Shown: in pieces, positions 1-33,600 of the stretch
Layout: each line of letters begins with the position of its first letter
Position numbering within the stretch: position 1 is the stretch's first letter
Position numbers and translations under genes: made by a program
Assembly: GCA_047495785.1 (NCBI GenBank)
Contig: JBLDXI010000024.1
Location: 2,542,001 to 2,606,000 of the forward strand
Direction: 5' to 3'
DNA: 64,000 nt
Origin: Lepidodermella squamata
Lineage: Eukaryota > Animalia > Gastrotricha
The notes under the pieces: model-generated
The model's database searches: none
Told to the model about the DNA's origin: nothing
Seen by the model: only the letters and a program-made list of their open reading frames with translations

Positions 1-11982
<11,982 letters not shown>

Positions 11983-12460
11983 ATGTACACATCATTAACA
12001 TTGTTTTGAATTAGCTAAATGTAGAGTAGTTCACGCATGAAGCGTGGAATCCCTAATAGAATAGACGTGTTTTGTAGCATTTCAATTTGCAGAGGTTTCT
12101 TGCTATTAAGTTTGCTGCTCTCCTTCAGTTTAAGAAAATTCGACGTGATATATCTAAAGATCAATAAAAAAGTTGTGAGAAAAAGCATAGAATTCTAGCC
12201 ATATTATGCTTGCGCAGTTTGTCAAGCGAATTTCATTTCGTTTAGTCGGAGAAACCCTTTTTCACTCACATTTCTGGGAACTAAACTAGTCGTGCGCAAA
12301 CTAACTCCTGACTCCTGACCAGCTCACTCGAGGCTCAAGCCTGCACAAACCACCGTAAACTATCGCGATTGCTTTCGATAGTTCCACATTTTAGCCATCA
12401 CCATCACGCAAAAGTGAGCAAAATACTTAAAGGCTATCATAGAGAACGTTCATTTACGTC

Positions 12461-12610
12461 ATTGCGCTTGAGCTCAATAATTGAATTTCTGGTTGGTCAT
12501 TCGATCGTTGCTGTGACCGGATGAAACATTATAGTCGTGCAATGCATAGGATTTTTCGCAACAACTGTTTTCTGCCGTATTAATTTTATACGCTCATGGT
12601 TAATGGAAAT
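12461..12610. promoter_or_regulatory. Conserved non-coding block, paralogous to 29124-29300
   Basis: Shared core ggtca..cg.tcgttgct.tgac..ccggatgaaacattat in two otherwise divergent intergenic spacers. A regulatory role is inferred only. Confidence 0.45.
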
Positions 12611-13969
12611 GTAAAGTAATTTATCAGCGCGCGGTCAAAGATTTACTTAAAACTTGAAACGCAATGGTCTCTACGAAGGCTACCTTCTCTCTTCTGAAAC
12701 TTCTCGCAGACATTTTTAATTAGGATTTTATTTCTCCATACGTCCGTGAGTCGTACAGCTACTAAAACTGAATCGTTTGCAGCACAAACTTCGACCGGCT
12801 GCACGTAATGCTACTGAGCTCCAAAGCCAGCCAAAGACCGCTTGTGAGCGGCGAGCGGCTGTAAAAACCAAGTAAAGGCACCAAGTGTGTTAAGTAGATG
12901 ATAATTCCGATGAAAAATCGCGGGTTGTCCGCCTCGGCAACGTGACGGAATAGAAACAAAGACGCAATGTTTGCATCTTCGCCGAGTCAGTGGGGTGCCT
13001 AATCGCCTTATCGCAGTTCTATTTCCGGCGCGCAACCCAACCATTCTTATTCCGCGTCTTCGAACTTCGAAATGTCAGGCATCAACATTTAGGGACGAAA
13101 TACGTCGAATTCAGAAAATTGTGCCACGTCACCTAGGAATGTATTCGCTCATTCGGAAAAATAAATGTCAACGTTAGAATAAAAAGTGGAACGTTTATTT
13201 TTCCGGGAAGTACGGTAATTTGGATTAAGGACTCCATTTTTTTCGTTTATATTATCGTCTGTACGATTCCCGCCAATAAAATTTTCAGATCAGACCCCTT
13301 TTCGAAAAACGTCTGTACATCTTCAAATTTTAACATTAATATCAATTCTAAATTCCGGGGAAGCCGATGACACCTACCTGAGCTAATCAGTAGCCAATAG
13401 TAACACTTATGAGGTGTTACATTTTTGTTTTAAATTATATTTGCCTGATATAGCACAAGTAAAGAGTCTATATCTGAACGGAGCCGGCCGAGATTTACGA
13501 ATCGGAACGAGTCGCAGACGAATGGAGATGAATAAATCGAGTACGGCGAGTTCACATATAAACGATTCTGAATAAAAAAAGAAAGCATGAGCACATCTAC
13601 TAACACTATATTTTTGAAACGAATGCTATCATTTCCCGGAACATGTAACATGTAAATAGTGGTGGAAAAGGCTGGTGTCTTCAACTTTCCCAATGCAAGT
13701 TTCCCAATGCAAGTTTACCAATGTGTAAAACTCACTCCAAAATGCAATTGAGCCGTTACGCTAGCATTTTCTTCCAATCCGCTTCCCAATCTGCAGATTT
13801 TATTCAAGTTTACCCATAACCATTAGCAACAAAATTGCTTATTAGGGGGGAAGCTTGCATCGTATCATTTTATTGCGCTATTCATTAACCTTATTATGGC
13901 GATTATACTTGGCGATTCATGTCATGAAAATAGTACTCAAAAAGAATAAGCGTATTCAATGCTAATTTT

Positions 13970-14220
13970 TTAACAGCCATCATCGTTGTTAATAAGAGCC
14001 GCGCGCTTCTTCGAGTATTTCGCCGTAATTTTCTTGATAGCGGCGTCGATTCGGCGGTATCTCGCCGTCTGTTTCTTGATCTGCTGACCGGCCTCTTGCA
14101 GTAGCAAATCGCTATCTGCATAGGTGGCAAAACCGCCAAAAGACAAGGTGACAACAACGCGCGGCACGGTTGTAGCGGCTGTTATTGCCCTCCACGCCGT
14201 TGTTCGTGTGAGCAACGTCC
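13970..14220 (-). pseudogene. C-terminal MULE transposase fragment (internally deleted/frameshifted)
   Basis: Minus strand reads HTNNGVEGNNSRYNRAARCCHLVFWRF, then shifts to DSDLLLQEAGQQIKKQTARYRRID. Homologous to 14672-14985. Confidence 0.75.
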
Positions 14221-14671
14221 CTAAACGCTGTCTTGGTAAAATCTCGGTGTTAACCTAATTGCGTCGCATTTCGGCCGACTTCGGCTTGCAGTTTTTGATA
14301 CATTTGTGTTGGACTATGCCGCGGCCATCGCCGAATTCGCGCTCGCACTTCGCGCAGTAATTCTGTTCAACTCCTGATTTGCTATAAGATGCCATAATTC
14401 GGCCACGTCCTATGTTCGGCCGCTGCGACCCAACTCCGGCACTTCTGGGTTCGACACATCTAAAAATGCTTCCTGGGCAAATTTGGTATGAAAAATCGCC
14501 AGTTTCTCAGTCTAGCGATGACCCAGAGGCCAATTGGATAGCCCAAAACTACTCTATAATTCTGTATTTGCCGAATATTTTCTAAAATTTCACGTGGTTG
14601 GCAAAGTAGAAAAAACCCAAAAATAGTCGAATTCAGAGCGGGATGCTCTACGTTAGGGTCATAAGTATGAG

Positions 14672-14985
14672 GTGTTAACTGTTTTCAAGAAGATTCTCGA
14701 CTTCTGTGACTATTGGGGTAAGCAGTGGTTGAAGACTGTACCGCCAGAAGAATGGGTTTATGGGGAGGACGTACGTACGAACAACGGCGTTGAAGGCAAC
14801 AACAGCCGCTACAACCGGGCCGCGCGTTGTAGTCACCTCGTCTTTTGGCGCTTCTGCGATCTGATTATCACCATTGAGGACGAGACTGACAGTGACCTAC
14901 TGCAACAGGAAGCTGGTCAACAAATTAAGAAACAGAAGGCGAAATACAGGCGTATCAACGAGGCGATGAGAAACATAAAGCTCAG
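14672..14985 (+). pseudogene. C-terminal MULE transposase fragment
   Basis: FCDYWGKQWLKTVPPEEW..RTNNGVEGNNSRYNRAA..HLVFWRF matches the Y....W ... RTNNxxEGxN pattern of animal MULE transposase C-termini. No N-terminal part is present. Confidence 0.75.
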
Positions 14986-15189
14986 CGAATATAAATGTTT
15001 TTACGTGTTTTCGGTGGTAAACTTGCATATTTTCAGTGGATTAATTAGCGCCTCCCGGCGAATTAGCTAAGTGTCCACTCCCGTGTTAGTTTTACACATT
15101 CGTAAACTTGCATTGGGAAACTTGCATTGGGAAAGTTGAATGAATCAAAAGGCTTAATCGTAACGGAAACTTTCCTAATTTGCCCGGTT

Positions 15190-15685
15190 GTGCGATTGTC
15201 TCGCATTTTCAGAGAAAGAAACGCGGTCGGGAACAAATCGATACTGCGCAGCAGCAATAAATCTTTCACAGAGGTAAGGTTTTTTCTAAACCAGACTCTT
15301 TACATAGGCAAGTGAAGTAGTAAGATCGTCATTGGTCACACCTCTGCAAAGTTGAACAGCCATAGCTAAATAAGAAATAAATATATTATGACATTTCGTG
15401 GAGAAATTAATTTGCGGGTGCTAGACCCGTTGCTCTTGCATGAACGTCTGCGTTAAATAAAAAATTTAGCACTCCATGGAGGTTTCTAAAGTTGGCGAAT
15501 GGTGGCTTAAGTAGTCATAAAATAGAGCGAATGATAAAGCGAATAAAATAGAGCAAAGAGAGCGGAAAAAGCTACGACTAATTTTTCTCACGCCTTTGCA
15601 ATTTCCAAGTCGACTTTCCAAGAGCTACTACGCTCAAAAACGGTGAGATTCTGTCACAGCTGAGGATTCATCTACGGCCACGGAA
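15190..15685 (+). promoter_or_regulatory. Conserved upstream region of copy 2 with a putative 5'-UTR exon and intron (15274-15659)
   Basis: Aligns with 30148-30656 upstream of copy 3. Conserved donor (gag|gtaagg vs atg|gtatgg) and acceptor (cacag|ctgag vs tgtag|ctgag) shortly before the ATG. Confidence 0.55.
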
Positions 15686-27912
<12,227 letters not shown>

Positions 27913-28255
27913 ATGCAGAAACAGGCCATCTCGTTTAACTTGAATTTCATTCAGGTCAAAACGTTGCAGTTGTTTCGAAATAACTAGCAGTAGCTGGTGC
28001 ATGATGTTCAGTTAATTTTTTTTATGTTTTGGGACTGCATTGAGTATATTCTAGTCTGAATCGCTCTTTGCTCTTTGTAGTTAATCTGATGTCCCATTGA
28101 GTCTAATATAAATTACTTATTAGACGTTACCAACGTTTATACTCGTGAACTTGGCTATGCTTTGCTTGATTTTGTTTACTTTCGGTTGGGATTTATCGAA
28201 TTGTAGCAGCCCTTATTATAAAGTACCAAATTAGTCACAGCTGAAGCATATCAGC

Positions 28256-28294
28256 CATAGAGAATATAATGGAGATATCATTATGTTCTCTATG
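28256..28294. mobile_element. CATAG...CTATG short palindrome, a P-superfamily-like footprint or minimal element
   Basis: catagagaatataatg-gagatat-cattatgttctctatg. Absent at the paralogous site near 43390 (gttcagc|attttattttgaagg). Confidence 0.5.
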
Positions 28295-28513
28295 GCTTCA
28301 ACATTTTATTTTGAAGGATTGATGCATAATATCAATTAAGGAATCGACTTTGTGAACTATCAATAAAAGTATGAAGCGTGTTGTCCCAGGTTTCGATTGC
28401 TAGAAGCCTGTCGTATGAAAAGCTCAATATTATTCAATTCATCCAATCTCTCATTTCAGCTCTCATTCCAGAATCGGCAGCTAGATGCAGAACTGTTCTA
28501 CATTCATTGTCGC
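28295..28513 (-). pseudogene. Deleted remnant of the ankyrin-repeat gene (3' UTR plus part of one repeat)
   Basis: 28300-28460 aligns with 43395-43560. atcggcagctagatgcagaactgttcta.ttcattgtcgc (28472-28512) matches 43981-44021. Upstream blocks 29440-29590 align with 44645-44790. Confidence 0.7.
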
Positions 28514-28771
28514 CTGACATCGGATTGGACAGATTTTCGCGTCCAACCGCGATCTTCAACGAACTGAGCTTATTCGACTTCCAGCACCGCAGAGTTCTCC
28601 TTTAGCCTTTAGCCAGCGCGTTGTCACCAGTGCTGTGTCTTGCCTTGAACCTTATAACTTGCGTGATGGATGGCATAATCCAATTTTCTTCAAGTTGGCA
28701 AAACGATGATTCAACTTGTAAATAGCTAATCTACCCCAGAGATCTCCTCCGTTGACTGAGCGCCCTTGATC

Positions 28772-28797
28772 CTTGATACGTCCCAGGACGTATCAAG
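28772..28797. repeat. Perfect 12-bp-arm palindrome
   Basis: cttgatacgtcc-ca-ggacgtatcaag. Confidence 0.8.
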
Positions 28798-29123
28798 ATT
28801 CGTCCTCGTCACTGTCTAGCTCATCCTCTTTTTGACCGTAACTTGAAAAACGATCGAGGATAACATGCTCATCGCTGTGGTAGTATATTTTTATCGTTAA
28901 ACCATCAAAAACCCGCTGCAATCAATTGAGAGAAGTTTCCGCGAACGACACTGAGCATTTTGCATTAATCTAGAAGGCTATCCAATTAAATTGGATTGGA
29001 TAGGCTATGAAACTGTTTAGTAGGCTCGTATAAAAGGTGTTTTAGATTTCGTTACTCCGGCTAGGAATTTCTACAAGAAATGAAACATTGTGGTATTTCC
29101 TATTCGTGAATCGCGTAAAGCAT

Positions 29124-29300
29124 CATTGTGATTGAGCTAAATAGCAGAACTTCTGGGCTCGCGCTGATTGGTCAATCGGTCGTTGCTATGACTCCCGGAT
29201 GAAACATTATGATCCAGAAGATTTGTTGCAAGAAGTGTTTTTTTGCCGCAATAATTTACCACAATTTTATTATGGAGTTTACGCTCGTGGTCAATTGAAA
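29124..29300. promoter_or_regulatory. Conserved non-coding block, paralogous to 12461-12610; contains a reverse CCAAT (ctgattggtc) and an X-box-like half site (gttgctatgac)
   Basis: Sequence similarity seen directly; the motif interpretation is inference. Confidence 0.45.
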
Positions 29301-30055
29301 CCGTGCAGAGGGTGTTCATAAATATAGAATAAGTTTTCAACAGTTCGGCAGAACTGCACTTATTGTTATTATCAGCCTCAAAGGTGCCCGGCGCTACTGC
29401 AGCAAAGTTAGCTGCTGCTGTCACCATTGAAATGTCACAAAGATTAGAAGAAAACTTCAGGGCTAAATGTTGTTTCTCGGAATATTTATAATGACTAAAA
29501 CCAAACTGTTATATTCATGCCATTGTTGTGTTTAGTATTTTACAACGGCAGTTGAGAACGTAAATTATGGATGAAATAGTTATTGATTTCCTCACAATTA
29601 TCTCAGTCGGGAGAGTCCAGCTCTATTCCAGGCCTCAGGCCTGGATGAAAACCCTTGAAAAACCTATTTCAGGCAAACGTGTAGCATTTTTTAGGCTTGA
29701 ATTGAGAGACCCAGTGCCTGTTCTGGGCCTTTTTAGGCATAAATTTACAAAAAGAACGCCTTTCAGCTCACCCTGTATTGCAACTCAATTCACACCTGAG
29801 CTGCATTTATATTATTTAAATAGCGCAAGCACCCATCCAGCACATGGCTGGACGGTGCTGGATTGGCGTGAATCCATGTAAATTCACGACGACCTTATAA
29901 CATTGGTTGAGCGCTGGACAGTTTTGGACAACCAGCACTTCATCCTACCTCGTGCAGCACCGCCATGCAGCACCAACTTGAACTCTTGAAACTCTGGATA
30001 TTGTGTGAAAAAAAGAGGCGAGACGCTTGGTCTCGAACTCAGGATCTGCTATGCC

Positions 30056-30090
30056 CATAGACATAATTTAGAGTCTAAATTATGTCTATG
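30056..30090. mobile_element. 17+1+17 bp CATAGAC palindrome with an 8-bp TSD; P-element-like excision footprint
   Basis: gctatgcc [catagacataatttaga g tctaaattatgtctatg] gctatgct. Confidence 0.6.
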
Positions 30091-30656
30091 GCTATGCTTC
30101 TATCAGCCTATCTTCATTTACTAGCTTCTCCATAAACTTCGTAAAACTGTGCAATTGTCTCGCTTATTCAATGAAAAAGCGCGATTGCAAACAAATCGAT
30201 GATGTACAGAATACATAGCAGTAAATCTTTCTCAATGGTATGGTTTTTGTCTAAAACCCCTTCCAAAACACTTCAAAGTGTTATTGTCGGCGTTTTTTAA
30301 GGATCACACCTCTACACAGTTTTTAGCAATGGTGAACTAAAAAAAAAATAAATCATGAGATTTAGTCTGGAATATAATTTGCAGTTGCCAGACTAGATTA
30401 AATAGTTGCTGTAGCAAATGTCTGCTTGCAATAAAAAATTTAAAACTTCATGGAAGTTTCTAAAGGTGGTAGGTGGTGGCATAAGTAGGTAATAAGAAAG
30501 GAAGGAAGGACTCTGAGAGCAAAACAGAGCAGAGCAAAACTTAAGCCCTGTAATTTATTCACGATTCGCGAATTTGGCATTGTTCGAGTTTCGAAAAGTT
30601 GATTCGCTCGAAAACTGTATTATCTGCTGTAGCTGAGAAGGCCCGCGATCAAGAAA

Positions 30657-33600
30657 ATGAAATTAAATCCTCGGGCTGAGGCTTCCCTTCTTGCGCTGTG
30701 CTCCATCATCAACTCAATTGGTAAGTTGTCAGTATTTCTGTTGATAGCAACTTTCGAGTTTTGATCTTTCCTTAGTCGCTGTCAACTGTGGGTCGATTGG
30801 TTTAATACTTTCCGTTGTAATAAATTCAAATTTTCAGTCTGTGAGAGTGATGATTTGTTAGCAAAGTACACCAGCTGGGGAGGATCTGTATCCATGTCTT
30901 CGAGTGGGATAGTGAACAACTCAACGGGTTCATTTTCAATTCTCAACACTGATCCAAACCCATATCTGGAGATCAGATTTGGAATCGAAATAATCATTTC
31001 GTTGATTCAAATGACGTCATCAAGCAGCGAGAAGTACGTCTCGCAGTTCGCCCTCAGCTTTTTGGTGAAACAAGGAATGGGAACTTACTTCTATCCTTAT
31101 CTTGGATCGAATTCCTCTGCCCAGGTGAGCGATTGTCAGAATGTATCCGAATTTAAAGCAATTTTTTAGCTTTTTGACGGGGGAGCTTCTGGGCCGTATA
31201 ACTACACAGATAACCGGCTGTGCCCCAACGTTAGGAGTGCAGCTATTCGAATTATCCCAAAGTCATTCCAAACATATGGAACGGGTTTGATTACTATGCT
31301 CGTCAAAATTTTCGGATGCCCGGCACACGCTGGCTGCGTCATTTCAGGACCTGATACCTCTACGTGTGGCTCCGCCTGCATTTGTCCTCGGGGTTACGGG
31401 CGCGATAAAACATGCGGTATGTCAGCTCAAGTAGCCTCGTACATGTTTTCATTTCTTGATATTGTCGCAGATATATGGGGATATCAAGCCATGGACTGTG
31501 AAGAAATCGCTGCGGAAAATGGTATTCTGAACTCTCGTAGTAGCTGGATTTCTGTGCCGACAAAGACAAGTTACAACGTGTACTGCCAAAATGATTTAAT
31601 GGGATCTGGTTGGACCACATTAATGCGAAGAATGGATTCATCGCAAACTTTCAATAGGAGCTACCTATCCTATAAAGCTGGCTTCGGCAATCTAACTGGC
31701 AACCACTGGCTTGGCAACGATTTGATCTCGCTGATTACCAACAACTACAACACGTATTACGTCATGTTCTACATGACAGCTGTTAATGACAGCATTGGTT
31801 TTGCAATCTACTCGGGATTTTCAATCGACAGTGATGAAACTGGAAATTTCACTTTGAGATTGGGGCCATACGTCAAGGGAAACGCTGGTGATGCTATGAG
31901 CTATTCCAATCTTCAGAAATTCTCAACCTACGACAGGCAGTTCGATGGCGCAAACTGCGCGTCTCTTACAGGAGGTGCCTGGTGGTTCAAAGCACCTGAC
32001 TGTACGAGAGCTTCCTTCACAAAGTAAGAGAATCTAAGAGCAGTTTTCTTTCAAAAAATGCCCTCTCTTCGAAGCTCGTACGGACTAAAGATCTATGGTA
32101 AAGGGCCGTTTTGGAGCACATGGAGACCAGATACATTGAAGACTTTCCAAATTCTGATACGCCGAAACTTACCGGAAGTCTTCTCTCCAAGTAAGAAAAA
32201 AACATAGGTCTCTGATGAGAAACACATTGTTTATGGAACAAAATTTGACACTGGAATCGCACGATTTATCATTAATAATTGCTCTTAAATCGGTTGCTCT
32301 CTTATCGGTTGCTCTTAATGCATTGCTCTTTAATCGTTGCTCTTAGATCGCGTGCTCTTTAGTCACAGAACCTTCAATTCCTGGCTATTATTATTTTTTG
32401 CGAAAATTGTTTTCGAGTCGGCACGCACAATTGGAAACAATTTTTTGGGAAAAACAAGAGGGAATAAATACTAATCGTGGTTAGGGCGGCCTTTCTGAAT
32501 CACACTGTAAATAAATGGGCACGACACGCAACCCGCCCAATGTGGCAAACAAGGAACATATTTCGACCAAAATCCAAAAACAGCCCGAACCCATGTGAGT
32601 AAGCTCGTAAATTTTCGTAAGCTAATTCCTTACTGTTACCGAGCCATCGCTGCTCAAAATAAAAAAAAATAGGAAAATTGAAACCACTCGACGGTGCCCT
32701 GAATTCCGTAACCTTAACCGCACTCAGGCAATCGGATAAGCGCGGCTATTCATGCAAATTTAGGGCACCGTCGAGGGTTTTCACTTTTCCTATTTTTTTA
32801 TTTTGAGCAGCGATGGCTCGGTAACAGTAAGGAATTAGCTTACGAGAATTTACGAGCTTACTCATATGGGTTCGGGCTGCTTTTGGTCGAAATATGAGCC
32901 CTGGGAACCTCACGGTTAAGGAATAGCAAGTGTTCGAAAAACGTCGATAATTCGCATGCATATTTTGGTAAGCTTACCCTAACTCTCGGGTTTCAAATGA
33001 TGTAACAATGAAATGTAACAATGTGGCGCAAATGTGATAATGAAAAGGCTGTTCTTAAAGATTTTTTAATACGCTCGCTGGCATGACGCAATAATTCGTT
33101 TTTCTAATGAAACACATTGTATTCCCTTCACTTGATATTGTTCAGGAAACGCCCATCCGAGGCCCACTGACTGCAAGGACATACTCAATACCCGACCCTA
33201 TGCTCAACTTGGGATCTACACAATTTTCCCGACTGAAAATTCAAGCGCAACCTTGCAAGTCTATTGCGACATGACAGCTCACGGTGGTGGCTGGACTGTC
33301 ATTCAGCGCCAAGACTGTACCAATCCTGTGCTGACGAATAAAACCTGGGCAGCATACGAAACTGGCTTTGGATTATTGCGTGGATCCCACTATCTTGGCA
33401 ACAGTCTGATCAATTTAATGACGACAAGTTCACGACCAAATGTCGCATATGAGCTGATGGTAGTTCTTCAAGACAACAAGCTGCTTCAGCAATCCTTTCA
33501 TTATAGCACGTTTGAACTAAAAGGCAGCACTTACCAACTAAGTTTGGGGGCGTTCAATCCTTTATCTTACAATGTGACAATAAGCAATGCTTTGGCAACC

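Larger units (their letters stand above)
13674..15146. mobile_element. Non-autonomous Mutator (MULE/Phantom-like) DNA transposon with TIRs and an 8-bp TSD
   Basis: 53-bp inverted repeats at 13680-13732 and 15088-15140 (1 mismatch, internal 14-bp tandem unit caagtttcccaatg). AAAAGGCT is duplicated at 13666-13673 and 15147-15154. Internal transposase fragments carry a TNNGVEGNN motif. Confidence 0.85.
32231..33120. mobile_element. ~890-bp composite insertion in an intron of copy 3, bounded by a 12-bp direct repeat
   Basis: gaaacacattgt at 32219-32230 and 33109-33120. Removing the insert leaves a normal ~65-nt intron. Confidence 0.6.

Noticed and set aside
13154-13217. Tc1/pogo-type MITE ending in tacggta
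   Set aside because: Only a 12-bp inverted match and one recognisable end; too weak to call.
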